From contig JBHGNT010000014.1 in NCBI GenBank assembly GCA_043228905.1, forward strand, positions 20,088,001-20,152,000: 64,000 bases of DNA, in the 5' to 3' direction. Each line of letters begins with the position of its first letter. Within the stretch, counting starts at the first letter, position 1. Of the stretch, positions 12,510 to 25,840 are shown piece after piece. Made by a program: the position numbers and the translations under genes. The stretch is from Azolla caroliniana (lineage: Eukaryota; Plantae; Polypodiophyta). A model generated the notes under the pieces. The model saw only the letters and a program-made list of their open reading frames with translations. It had not been told where the DNA came from and ran no database searches.

Positions 12510-15500
12510 TTTTTTTTCCAAAAAAAAATATACTCCATTAGTTAAAATGTCATTCAGTACACAACTTTAGTCCCTTTATCAAATAGTCCTTGCATACTTC
12601 CATATGGGCAACATCACTTATTTATCTTATACATCACCTGCATTCAATAGCCCACATGTTTGTTCTCTATGTATCTCATGTCATTCATGCTCCTCTTTCA
12701 TATAATGGAGGGGGAACAACCATCTAGGTACTACGTACTACTATCGTATATCCATTCCAGTTTCTAGAGCCATCGGTGTAGTACACCAACGTTTTTTGAA
12801 ATTCAGCCTCCTTAGTTCTGAAGCATCATGAATATGTTCTATCAATCCGCTCATATTGTGCCCTCAATGTAGGTTTTAATGTGTGCCATATTAACTTAAT
12901 AGATTCAATTAGAGGCCGCTTGTTTGCTGAAAATACCCTAGTACATCTTGTTGTCCATATGCACCATATGATAATGGGTGCAAGCAACATCCATAGATCT
13001 ACAATTTTCTACTTTTGTGCACTACTATAGGTGCCCTGTTATCAATGATCAATTGAATAGTTCCATTCTCCCCTCTATATATTACTTTGCATGTGCTATC
13101 AAATTTCTCCACATCATCATCAAGACAATTCCAACAAGCATGTCCCCATTTGGGGGTAAATGAGCTAGAGGCATGGCATAAAAATCGTAATGCCCTTCCC
13201 CATACAACCATTGCCTCACGACATTCCCATAGACAATGGGATGTTACTTTCTAGCTGTCCACATGCACTACATCTAGGGTCTATGTTGGGGCCTTTACCC
13301 CACGTCCCTACCAGCAAGGCTCTATGCGCAATAAGCCATAAGCACATCATTATCTTGCGGTCACCACTGTCATGCCATATCACTTTCTAGAATTTATCTA
13401 ATCTCGTTTCACTAATGCCTTCATGTATCCAATATTTATGTGCTGCAATATCTTTATGTTCTTGTTCTAGAATAATTTGCCTCCCGATTTTCATGTTGTA
13501 CCTAAAAAATTGAACCAACTTGGCGCCCTCAATTCGTCCTTGAGTTCTCTAGAAATACATCACTGGGTTCCATGATAACTGATCTGAATGCCCTTCTATT
13601 GGCCAATACATTGTCATCGGTGTGATCTCACTCAGCTTGGGGTCAACCATCATATCCTTTCCCTAATTAGACTTTCAATTTGATAGGTTGGTTGCTGACA
13701 TATTTCGTAGTAGCATGCCTCATTAGATCCTGCTTTCATTCCCTTAATTCCAATTAGATAATTTCCAACATCTATAAGTCTTGTCCATTCAATTTCGGGG
13801 GTAATTATAGCCTCATCTCCAAGGTTTGCCTATTGCATGCAATGGCATCCGTAATTCTCATTAGCATGCTTTTACCCCTATTTATCGTCCATATTCTAGC
13901 TTTTTGAGTGCCCACATCATTAAAGAGACATCTCTTCCAGTCCACTAACGCATTCCCTTGGGCATTGATTAAGTTGGCCCATTTGAAGCCAACTTTTTGT
14001 CCTATCAATAGCCCATCCACATCTTTGATTAGTGGGGTTCCACACAATTGACCTATACATCTAGGGATATGCATCATTTCTCCACCTATAAATGATTCCC
14101 TTTTTTATTCCTTGCCACACCTTCATAATTCTAACAACACATATACTTTGTGTACATCCCTAGTATTTGGATTGCATCTCTGGCACAAAATCCCAAAAAG
14201 GGTTGCTTGGCTAGCTTCCACCTTTTCTCGGCAGCCACATCTTCCATTTGCATCTCCAAAGAATTGTCCAAGGTGCCTTAGGTGGTTACAAGCTCCTAAC
14301 CACCAATTTGCCTAGTAAGGCCTTCGTTTGCACCACGGGATCCATTAGTTCCACCCCACCTTCACTTTTTTCTTTTATAAGTGTGGTCTAGGCAACCTTT
14401 GCATGAGCATGTTTTTCCTCGGTGCCCCCCATAAGAAATTTCCAATAAGCCTTTTTATCACTTTCATTGACTTGGGCACAATTATCTAGCATGCGGTAGT
14501 ATGCCATATAGTGGCCATTAGAATTTGATTTGCAATCACAATCTTGCCTGCAAAGGATAGTTTTCTTGCATTCCACCATATTAGCTTCGCTTTTATTTTG
14601 TCCACAAGTAGATTGTAGTGTTCTGATCGATCAATGTCCATATTGATTTTGAAATCTAAATATCGAACTTCTCCTCTCCTCAACCATTTGAAATTGGGGT
14701 CTGGTGCCCAATTTAACACGGGCTTATTACTAATACAAATGCCCACTGATTTATTCCAGTTTATTTTAGCAGTCGCGCCCCTACAAAACTCATTAATTGC
14801 ACTTTGCAGTTTGTCCAAGTTGTTTGCATCCCCCTTAACGTAAGTCGTGTATCATAAGCATATTTTGTATCAAGCAACATTCCTGCATCATCAGGTAGGG
14901 GAAGGCCTTGTATTTGCCAAGATCTATCAGCAATCTGATAATGTAAAGCTTCTACTGCAATAATGAATAGGTATGGGGTCAATGGGCATCCTTGGCGTAT
15001 CGATCGTGACGTCTTAAAGCTCTTCCCCATGCTTCCAGCCATTAAAACCTAACAGGTGGCATCCCTGTAAAAGGCAGCCATTCCAAGGATCCATTGTTGC
15101 TTGAAGCCTAGGGCCTCCATCACTGCCTCTAGGAATTCCCATTAGATCTTGTCATATGTTTTTTCAAAGTTGATTAGAACTATTGCTAGGCCCACTTCTT
15201 GCTCCTCCACCCATGCTGAATACTCCCAGAAAGTTATCACATTGTCAACAATGCTCTGGTTTTCTAGGAAGCCAGTTTGCATTGTATGTATAATGTCCCC
15301 TAGTACCATTTTCAATTGGCACTTACAACTTTAGCCATGATCTTATAGGCATTGGTGAGAATCATCAATGGTCGCCAATTATCGAGTATTGTCGGATCTT
15401 TTCCATCCTTGGGTATTTAATAAATCATTCCTTTGCACATTGTTGTAGGCATTAAACCTTCTGTCATAATGTATTGCATCCCTACCAGCATTTCATCCTT

Positions 15501-17560
15501 AATTTGATCCCAATGTTTTATGTAAAAGTATATAGGGAGTCCATCAATGCCTACACAACTTTGTTTGTTCATATTTACAATTGCATCCCACAATTCCTGC
15601 ATACATATAGGGGTATTTAGTTGGTCCATCATTTGTGTAGTCTCTTCGGTATCCTATTTATTATATTTCTAAAGGCATCTTGATCAATATGTTCCTCTTT
15701 GCATACATTTAGTAGTTGCATATAATAGCTCGTGGCCATTTCAAGCATTTCCTCCTCGCACGTGGTCATTGTGCCATCTATCTTTTTTAAACATGAAGGT
15801 TGAGTCCTGGAGCCTCTACATTTGACAACTTCAAAAAAACCTTTCGTAACATGGCCTCCTACCCACATCCAACTTGCCACTTTACTTCGATGGGCATTGG
15901 TAGTCCTTAGTTTTTGATACATATCTAGTTTTCATTTGGCCTCCTCTAGTCGGGCCTCAATCCATACATTATTCGAGTATTGTTCTCTTAGTTGTTGCAT
16001 AGAAGTGAGTGTCCATTGCATTCTATATAGTTTCTCCTTCATCTCTTTTCTAATTTCAATTGCTTTCTTCTGAAAGAAGCATGCACATTCCTCAATTTTC
16101 CCAACCAGCCTATGAGCGAGTTCATGATACATCCATTTGACATTAGACCATATTCTTCTTATATCATCAGTCCATTTATTGTCCATAACCAATTCCTTGC
16201 TCACCTTCACATTATGTGGCCTGCATCAATTGTTTTCTTGTATATGCAACAGAACTAGTGCATGGTTTGAGAACATCGTTCCAGTACAAATAATGCATTT
16301 GGCTTTGCTATCAATGAGCCAAAGGGTCCAAATACCATCTGTCCAGCCTAGACATTGTCCTCCCATGCACACTTCCTCCTACTCTAAAGTATAGAAGATA
16401 TTTTTCTTTTTGTATCTGAAAGTTAGGTGCATTCCAACAACCTATCACATTATATGCTAAACAAAACTTATCCCATGCGTCTTTTCGGCCCCTACACCGT
16501 GCCATTTGCATTTCCTCTTCTATCTTCTTGTTGCTCCACCATATTAAAATCTCCTCCAATGATTCACAACTTTGCATCCGGTTTCTTGTCTAGGTAGTTG
16601 CAAACAAAATTCTTTTCTTTCGGTAGCTCAATTGGGGGCATATATGTTCAATATGCCCAAGTGCCCATATCTATGTTTTATCCTTATATAGACAACGCGG
16701 CCCTCTATTAAACTCCCCCTGCCTATGTATGCTGCATTAAACTTACATTTCATTGTTGTAAGTACTCCCCCATGAATCTGTCTATCCCCTGTAGTTGCCG
16801 AGCATGTATTGGTCCAACTCCTAGGGCAAATGTTTCCAATTTTGTTGATCTTATCCCCATCTAGATGGTGCTCCTTCACCATGATAATATCAGGCAACAT
16901 TGCCTCAGTGCATCGCTGAATTTCAGCAGCCAATACATTCTGAATTGGGTGCCACCAATTCCTTGTATATTCCATGTTAGCAAGCTATTAAGATTCATTT
17001 CAACATATAGCCTGCATCTTTTGTGGCCTAGCCAATGCATTTTCAACTTCCACCAGGTTAGCTAAGATCCTATCTTGGAGATTTTCCTCTTCTAGTGTCA
17101 ACATTTCAAGGTGGTATACCATGAACTCCTTGATCATTCTAGGAAGCTTCCTAAATTTCACATTTATGTAGCATATGTGTTGCTCATTCGCCTTGCCCGA
17201 ACTCCATATCATGGCATCTTTCCATTGTCTTTTCATTTTCACGCCTATTGCGGTACCATATGACAAGTCTACATGAGCACCCATATGTTGTTCTAGCCAT
17301 CCGAGTGCTTCTTCTTTGTTGTGGGGTTCCTTAAGTCCAACGATTTGGCCTTCTTTGTCACAATTACCATAGATATTGATTTTACACATGTTGTCCTTCT
17401 TCATCTCAATTCCACACATTTCCCTGAACCACTTTTTGCCTATCAGTTTCAGTTTGATCTGTTGCCCTGTATTCGATACGGGTGTCGCATTGTATTGAAG
17501 ATGCCATTTCACTCTAGCAGTTTGGTTCAATGCTAGTCTTCAATGTATCCTTATAAATCT
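12510..17560 (-). mobile_element. Degenerate L1-type LINE: ORF1 3' part, ORF2 (APE, RT, zf-RVT) and poly(A)
   Basis: ORF2 starts at 16998 (MNLNSLLTWN). Fragments include EHHL, NIYAPN, SRLDRWY, RSIRQGCPLTPYLF, INWNKS and KLSFAGK. Poly(A) shows as a T-run at 12510. Same family as the copy at 56755-64000. Confidence 0.9.
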
Positions 17561-17659
17561 TGTCCCCTTTGTTCATAATATAATTTCCTTTTCTTACTCT
17601 CTATTTTCTAATTAACCAAAATCATTTTTTCCTTCTTTTCCTTGAGAGTTGTTGCAAGT

Positions 17660-18480
17660 TTGTTTTTCGTAGCAATGGAGTATATTAAAACATACGGATA
17701 CTCACACATCATAGCTCAATTGTCTTAGAACTAAATTTGGAACACTAAGAAAGAGAATCGATGACTTCTCGATGACTTATAACAATTTAGTATTGAGAAG
17801 ATTAAGAAGCAACAACAAGACAAGGAGTTACCAAACAAGTTTATGAACTAGGTGCATTGTTATATTTATGATTATCAGCTTTGGAACCACGTCCAAGCTG
17901 TCTAAAACAACCAAATATTTATAAAAAAAGCTCAACAACATAGTTTTGTTAATTCCACTCACTCTATCAAAGGAAAAGGAAATAAGCTTCCATGTAGAGG
18001 CCAATCCAATAATTGCACAAGCTCAATTCATCCCTAGACAATGAGTTTGGTGTGCTAAAAATGTATACACAAAGAGCGAAGAAGGCATTGTTGAAGGTTA
18101 TAATCAAATACATTACGCAAGTTGTGGGAAGAATTGGGTGACCAAGTTCAATTGTAATAGTTATTTACCATAACACTACATTGTCATGATAAAGGTTGCA
18201 CCCATCCCTGAGCCAAAGAGCTTCACACAAACAAATTATGACTTCATTAGGTAACAACAATGCATGAAGAGATTCAAGATCCCTATAAAATTGAAGTATT
18301 ACACCTCATCTTGACTCATCTATAGTTGTAGTATACGAGATTAATCAACTTTAAACAACATGTGGCCTATGCCCACCTAAAATCATTGGCTTGAATGGAC
18401 TCTTGGTATAACAAGGTCAACCAAGCATATGTGTGTTGAAGCCCGTCATGGACTTATTGAACATGAGATACCTTTGTATT
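17660..18480 (+). mobile_element. Internally deleted copia relic
   Basis: PEPKSFTQ...MHEEI at about 18205-18275 matches the copia pre-RT EP.S..EA...W..AM.EE motif, with gag-like remnants upstream. Confidence 0.45.
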
Positions 18481-18501
18481 GAACAAAGTGCAGACTTTAG
18501 A

Positions 18502-18867
18502 CATCCAACTTACTTTCATGTTTGTACTTGATTCATTCTAACTTCTATGTGTAGTTTTAGTGAAGTTTTATATAAATCATGCTCTCCCTCCTTTATAAAG
18601 TAAACACATCCAACTTACTTTCATGTTTGTACTTGATGCATTCTAACTTCTATGTGTACTTTCAGTGAAGTTTTATATAAATCATGCTCTCCCTCTTTTA
18701 TAAAGTGTTTACGCTTGTTTATTAGCTTTTGATTAGGAGTGTTTCTTATCATTTTAATATTTTCTTCTTCATTTGCTAATGTATTATTCTCTTTGGTATA
18801 ACACACACACTCACTCGTGTTTCTTATCACTTTAATATTTTCATCTTCATCTACTACTCTCATTGGT

Positions 18868-18901
<34 letters not shown>

Positions 18902-18920
18902 CTCTCTCTCTCTCTCTCTC
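18502..18920. repeat. Two adjacent tandem duplications (~104 bp and ~78 bp) ending in (CA)n(CT)n
   Basis: ACATCCAACTTACTTTCATG...TTTATAAAGT at 18502 and 18606. GTGTTTCTTATCA...TTGGTATAACACACAC at about 18739 and 18818. Confidence 0.85.
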
Positions 18921-18924
18921 CCCT

Positions 18925-19017
18925 TTGATTTCACTAGATGCCACTATGGAATGTAAGGATTGAACCCATGACTACTAGTCACCATTGGGCAACCTTACCA
19001 ACTAAGCTACATCCATC
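18925..19017 (-). mobile_element. tRNA-derived SINE head (or tRNA pseudogene)
   Basis: Minus strand has box A TAGCTTAGTTGG (18998-19009) and box B GGTTCAATCC (18957-18966) at tRNA-like spacing, with no clean anticodon arm. Confidence 0.65.
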
Positions 19018-19049
19018 TGGGCTCTCTCTCTCTCTCTCTCTCTCATAAA

Positions 19050-19790
19050 TAATGGCTTCCATTACGAAAGAAAAATACACCCACATGACAAACTTAGTAC
19101 ACAGTATAGAACCCTTATAGGGAGCTAATTACTACTACGACTCCAAACTCAATGCCACCCTACACACCAATTCAAATGATGAATATGATTATATGTGACC
19201 TTGCATAGCTCTCTCTCTTCATGGTTGAGATTTCATGACTTCTCTAGCATTGTCAATGGTCACAAACGAATCAAAAGTGAAGGAATTTCGCATATTCCAA
19301 TTGAACCATAACCCCCAATACATCAAGAACTTGAAATTAATTTGGAAATGAGGCATCGGTTCATTGTTCTCCATATGTGCAAACACCCAACTGAAGGAAG
19401 ATATGCTTACTCCAGTTAGAGACATCCACACTAAATTGATAGACCTCCAAACCATACTCGCCATGGGCATAAAATCAATGCCTATTATGTTCCAATTCCA
19501 CCGAACAAAAGAAACATGATCCTTTATTAATGTTTCTTTTTTTTAATGCATCCCCCAATGGTAAAGCTCCATCTCTTATAAACATGACAATCCCATAATA
19601 ATTCCCATGAACATTGCCAGCATAACATTGTGTATAACCCTTAGATTAATTAACCCAACATTACAATGATCTTTATGCCCTACTGCACATAAAACATCCC
19701 ATTGCTCACTTAACACAATCCTCCAAACCTCATGCATTCTAAATCTAGAACACAATACCCTCACATTCCATGTGGTGATCTTCACACTTT
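19050..19790 (-). mobile_element. LINE APE endonuclease fragment flanked by (CT)n tracts
   Basis: KITTWNVRVL at the ORF2 start, with degenerate APE sequence downstream. Confidence 0.7.
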
Positions 19791-19832
19791 ATTTTTCCTT
19801 TAATTCGAGAAATCTCCTTCTCCTTCTGCTAA

Positions 19833-19867
<35 letters not shown>

Positions 19868-20013
19868 TAACACATAGAGACTTTGTGCTTCAACATATGA
19901 ATAACCCTTCTTAGGAAGGAGACATATATCAAGAACACATGTATACTCTGGTCCCATAGGTCAAAATTGGCCTCTTTATGGACGATAAAAATTCTAATTC
20001 TAATTCTAATTCT

Positions 20014-20060
<47 letters not shown>

Positions 20061-21894
20061 CAAACACACACATACACACAAACAATCTTATGTACTCTAT
20101 TCCATTGCATATTTACACTATATTCTGTATTTGTTCATGATTTTGTGGTAGATCTATTTAAGGATTGCGATACCTTACCATATGACCCACAATTGATTAT
20201 AGCATTTGAACAACAAAGTCATCATTCTACTTTAAGATTAGATTTACTCAAATAGTTTGAATGTCTGGAGATAGTATAGTGAAATGTGTTCACTACTCTC
20301 ATTTTACATGAATTTGCCTTCCCATTTGAAGGATGAAAACATTTGTAAGAGGCCTAAGACAATGCTTCTATCACATGGGTATCATGGTAGAGGTCAACAA
20401 TGGGCTTACTGGGCTAGTGTTTAGGAGTTGTCTTTTACAAAATTATAGAGTATCATGATAAATAAAACTATGAGTCTTTGTGTTTTATAAATTCCGTGCC
20501 AAATCCTTAGTGAGGTTTTATTTTGAATAATGAAACGTTCATAAAAAATGAGTTTTTATGTCTTGTTACCGAGGACCTCATTTGAAAGTGATATGTTGTC
20601 TAAAATGTTTGCCTAGACTTGCAACTAAACCTAGTTTGAAAGTGTAGGAAAATATTTCTATGATTGATACTTTTACACCTACAAGTATGGAAGTCGACCA
20701 ATTCCGCAATGGTGACATGAAAAAGGAGAAGACCCAACAACTTGACATAAGATTTGGTGTTACCTTTTCACACAAAATTCAAAATGTTGTTCTTTTGTAC
20801 CTTCTAGATGTCATTCCAAGTAGATAAGACTCAAGAGTATCAAATGTCATTCCCAGACATATAAGAGTATACTTCCTCCCCATAACTCTCGATCACTACT
20901 TCATTGAGTGTCTAACCCAAACCTCAACCTTTTTTTAACACAAAAAACAACAATAAAGCAACTCTCCTTTAAGCAAACTCTCTTTCATTATGGCGTGGAT
21001 GATAAAAGTGGATAATTCGTTGTGGAGTGTTTGGTCTGAAATTGTATTGGCCTTTGCCTACTTATTGATTCATTTTTTCATGACTGTATCATACAATTTT
21101 GCAAGACATTGGGCCTAGTATCCTAGTTAAAAGCTCATTCTTGTTTGCACATTTTCATATGAGTTTGAACTGATATTCCTGTAGTTCTTTGGGCGGGTCT
21201 TCCTCAGAGTTTTACTTAAGAAAGGTGCATATACACTCTCAAGCAAAAACATGTACCATTATACATGCTCCACTTTCTTGGTGAAGTGTATATAACATCT
21301 TCCCTCTAGATAGACATTGAAGGGCTTTCTTCACTTCCTACAAATGCCAATTGAAAAGTGCTAGCATAATCTCATAGATAAGTGAAAGGGTAATACTCAA
21401 ATACCTTCCTATTTTTTATTAGTCTTTTGTATTCATATAGAAACTTTTGATGGTTTTTTCATTTTTCACTAATTGTCAAGCTTTAGACGTACTCGTATCT
21501 CAAAGCAATCATTAAGATTCCCTATGATACATATGTAAAACAAGTCCTTGCTTATGGGAAAAAAGGGCAGGTTGAATGTAAGTGTTGTTCATATTTTACT
21601 CAAAGGGGTTGAGTTAGCTCCTCCTAATAGGATTCTAACCAAAATGAAGGAAAAATGGGAACTTTATCGTTCCAAAAGTATCACCCTAACAGAACAAACA
21701 TGATCACAATAGATTCGGTTCTAGGAAAACCATATAGTGAGATGTTTTTCCAATTCTTGCTCTAGGTCTTGCTAACAATAAGGAGGCTCACTTATTGAAA
21801 TATCCAAACTATATTGGGAGGATGTACAATATTTGAACCAATCACCTTATGTTGATATAATAGCCAAATAAAAAGGAAAAAGGACAATCTACCA

Positions 21895-22875
21895 AAAAAA
21901 AGAAGAGAAATGCTAAGGAGTGGTTTGGCTATTGTGCCATCAACTTATAAATTTGGAGATTTGGTAATGTACAAGACTCTTGGTTGGGTGCTTATTGGAA
22001 ATGGTTGTGGGCCATGCAAATTCTTAAAAAGGTTATATTATTTAGATGGTTGTTGGTACATTATGGGATTCTTGTGAAGTCATGGATGTGGGGACATTGC
22101 CATGATTTAAAATGTGATCATTGTGGTTTTCACATTGAATCGGTTCACCATGTCTTATGGATGTCTTATTATTAGAGCAGTTTGGAAAAGAGTGTTGAGA
22201 ATTGTGTATCTTGTTTATGGTAAACAGATGTACATGGGGGGTTTTGTGAGATGGGGAAGGCTTGCTGAAGAAATATAGAATTATGAAATAGATTATTTTG
22301 ATTTTCTTCTTCTCTCTGGTGTAAGGTAGGTATTGGATGTCTCTTATGCTACAACAGTCTGTTGTTTGGTAGAGGACAAGGTTTGGTTTACAATATCTTC
22401 TTTAGTAAATTGGGTAATGGGGAAGGCAAGATGTAAATGTGTATTTCAGAAAGTCAAATAGAATGTGGTCAAGTTAGTCAAGGAGATATGGTTGATGCTT
22501 CTGCATACTATCAAAGGTCAATATGAGGCAATAATTGGTGGGCTTGATATTGTGTTTCGTAAGCAACAACATTTTAGAGAAATGTAGACAAAGGCAGAGG
22601 TCTTCACCTCTTTTGGGGAGAGAATAACGTGGAGATATGCTCCACCAAGGTGGCTTTTTCCGTCCCCATTATGGAAGGATCTCAAATTTAGATGTGTAAA
22701 TGCGGTTTCTAAGGTAGTTACATGAGGGCTTTTGTTATTCAACATGTTGATTGATGTGGGTATGTCAAATGTATGAGTTCTTTTTTTTTTCCAAAAAATT
22801 CATGTATGAGTTCTTTGTAACCTTTGGGCATCTTTCCATTAATCCTGAGGTGAATCTTTTTCAAAAAAACTAAAA
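21895..22875 (+). mobile_element. 5'-truncated L1 LINE (zf-RVT to 3' end) with TSD
   Basis: WKWLW...LFRWLLVH...CDHCG...ESVHHVLW and WRYAPPRWLFP. TSD core GACAATCTACCA at 21883-21894 and 22880-22891, after an A-rich tail. Confidence 0.85.
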
Positions 22876-23269
22876 AAATGACAATCTACCATGTGGTCTA
22901 AGGCATGAGATTTGTGGTACAACAAAGATTTGTGAAACAAAATATTTTAATCCATGACCTTATGTTACTAGCATAATAAAGGAAAGGAAGAAGAGAAAGA
23001 AAGATAATTAGAATTCAAAATTTTTTAATGTTCACAAAGAGGTCATATGGACTTATGGGACCTCAAAATGCAAATTTTCTTGATATGTATCTCCTTCCTA
23101 AGAATGGATCTTCATGCTTTGTAGTAAACTGTGTCTATCTGTGAATAGTGCACTCACATACAAGCTCAACCTTCTAGTTGGCGCTATAAGGATGTTGCCT
23201 AAGTTACCAAACTCTCTTAATATGTCACTAAAGTTCTCACAAAAAAATTTATTTGTTGAGCATATCTAA

Positions 23270-24095
23270 AAAAAGAAAAAGTGATATTCAACCTCTACTA
23301 GATTTTCATTGTATACCTTACATGTCATCATACTTTATGTATTTTGGTGCCATGATGCAACTTTAGTACCTAGCTTGTGTGAGCGTGTGTGAAGGTTTTG
23401 CTAGAGTTAAGATTCATGTTGGTTATATGGTATGGTTGAACACGATCAAACTATAGGGATCCTTACATTATATTGGATCCAACTTTCACAAGGGGTTGTT
23501 AACTTGTTTGTAGTGTAATATTCCAATTTGGACATTATACCATCTTGTCATTTCATCCTTGAACTTACCATTAGTCTTTCCTTAATAACCACATATTATA
23601 TAACATCACCTAAAACCTCTAAGAGGTCTTCCACATTTCACCTTTATGTCAACCATCCAACTACATGAGAGAGTTTTGCTTTAATCATTCTTTTGTAGTT
23701 TGCCCCCAAAATTTCAAATTGTATTTGCTAATTGATGGTTTTCATTTTTGTGATGTACTAGTATACTCTTTGTAATGCCATCATCTCTTTCGAACCAATG
23801 ATTGTGACCAATAGCATAACCTAGTGTATGTAGCAATGGATTTAACTCCTAATTGTCTCCTCAAAAACCTAGTTTGAATCTTCTCAGTCTCATTCCATGA
23901 ATTTAGTGAGATAGTATCATCCCCCAGTTCTACTTCATAGAGCCAGACTTGGGTTACCATGACATTAAATAACATTAGCATCACTTCCCATCCATGATTG
24001 TCACTTTATTGACCTTCCAACATTTAATAAAATTTCCAACTACCTTGAAGCCTAGATTCAAGACATTCAATACATCAATACCAAGATATTTTAAG
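23270..24095 (-). mobile_element. RTE-like LINE relic (post-RT C-terminal region)
   Basis: KYLGID, VWLYEVEL...WNETEKIQTRFLRRQLGVKS and HTRSHKLGTKVASW. Homologous to 42050-43950. Confidence 0.65.
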
Positions 24096-24695
24096 CTTTG
24101 TACGGATTATATGGATTCTCTCTAGGGCAGTGTTGGGCAAAGTTTTTAACTCCTACCGGAAATTTTCCTGTTGCTTGTGATCCTAACCGGAAATTAAAAT
24201 TTTTAACCGGCCACTTTCCTACAAGTGAACATGTTAAATTATTTTTTTACCACATACCAAATTTTTTTAGCACATGTATGATGCAACAACCATATGGGCT
24301 TTAAGATGCCCCATGTACACATGCACATAGAGAGTCCACTAATCATTATGTTGTCCTAAATATACATATAGCAAACTATCCACCCCACATGAGATCATTT
24401 GAGTTCAATTGACAAAACCCTCCCCCTTTGATGATAGAAGCATTGTTACATCAGTCAAAAACAATGACTAGCACCACTAAACCCGTATAGGTGAGTATAC
24501 CTTTAAGTGAAAAGGATAATCTCTAAGATATGAGTAATGACATACAAGTCCAAGCATCCAAAACTTAGTCGTATGTCCATATTAGCATGTTACTATCACA
24601 ACTCCACAAACAAGGGTCATGTAACCTGAATTTCAGCAAATAAATTACCAGTTGTCTTGTATGTGATATCAGATTGGCAATGATAGGAATATTAC

Positions 24696-25241
24696 CTCTC
24701 TTAACATGGAAAAGTTTATTTCATGGTTTGCAAGAGCCAACATTATAAGATCAACATCCTGCTCAATTTCTAGAGTGTCAAAGATGCTATACTAGAAACA
24801 GTTGATAACAATCAAAACCATTTTTATTTCATGTACAGTAGAAAATACATAGAAGTCCATACAAACAATGGAAAGTATTGGAATCAAAGCCACGAAGATT
24901 TATCTCCAAGCAAATGTATGACATGACTTTATGCCCCCCTTCACCTAGGGAGTTTGCATCAACAAAATAACCTAAGATGTAGAAATACTACAGGGTGGGA
25001 ACAACATGTGATGGTCATGCTATTTAGCCAGTAGACTCTAGGTTCCTACTTTGATCTGACGCCATCCAGGATCATGATTGAGTCAAAGGTGTATATAGTA
25101 TCAAAGAGTAACTGCCAACCTGTCCATGAAAGGAGTCCCTGGTGTGATTACATTTGAATCACAAGCTTCAGACTTCTCCTTGGGAGGAATAATTCGACCT
25201 TCCGCCTCAAATTCCCTGCCCAATCTTTCTTCTTTGGTAGC
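24696..25241 (-). pseudogene. XRN: Captured fragment of an XRN-family 5'-3' exoribonuclease (three consecutive exons with introns)
   Basis: 25241-25050: [62 protein letters not shown]. 24971-24853: [19 protein letters not shown]...[13 protein letters not shown] (frameshift). 24758-24696: DVDLIMLALANHEINFSMLRE. AG/GT borders are mostly intact. Confidence 0.9.
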
Positions 25242-25577
25242 CTTGATCAAACATGGTAGATTATAATTAATCAGAACACAGTAAAAATTCTATCAATCCC
25301 TATTTTCAAACAACATGCACAGGCAAGATAGTCCTGTATTTTAAAAAATCACCTTCATTTAGTCTATAATACAGCTTGATTCTCATAAAACAAATATAAT
25401 TGTATTGCATTGACATAGACCCATCATTGTAAGTGTGCATATATCCCCTCCACGAATTGATTAGTGAGATTCATGACATGGAATGAATTGAACTTAAGAG
25501 CCAATATCTCTACATATACACCATATCAAGTGAAACTAACAAAAGAAAGCTAGATAGGGGAATGATATGATACTCAC

Positions 25578-25840
25578 TCTAGTCAAACTCAAGAGCCAAG
25601 TAGTTGATGTAGACCTCGTTGATGATACAAAAAGAAACAACAACTCTAATTTTGCTCTCGTTCAAATCAATAGATAAAAAATCATTAAGTTCAATTTATC
25701 TTCCCCAAAAGAACTTGTTTTTTAAATTAATGCATATTCTTTAACTGATGATTTTGAACATGCAAAATTAAACTTTCACTTTCTAGGCATTACCTTTTAT
25801 GAACATCCACATATTCATCTGTCTCATCATCAATCTCTTC
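25578..25840 (-). pseudogene. Captured fragment of a DUF21/CBS (CNNM/MGR-type) gene
   Basis: Exon 25840-25794 (cag|EEIDDETDEYVDVHK|gtaatg) is followed by a degenerate exon at about 25651-25578 beginning IRVVV. Together they match the plant DUF21 motif QEEIVDETDEYVDVHKRIRVAAA. Confidence 0.78.

Noticed and set aside
20100-21800. Possible further LINE remnants
   Set aside because: Too degenerate to assign boundaries or family by eye
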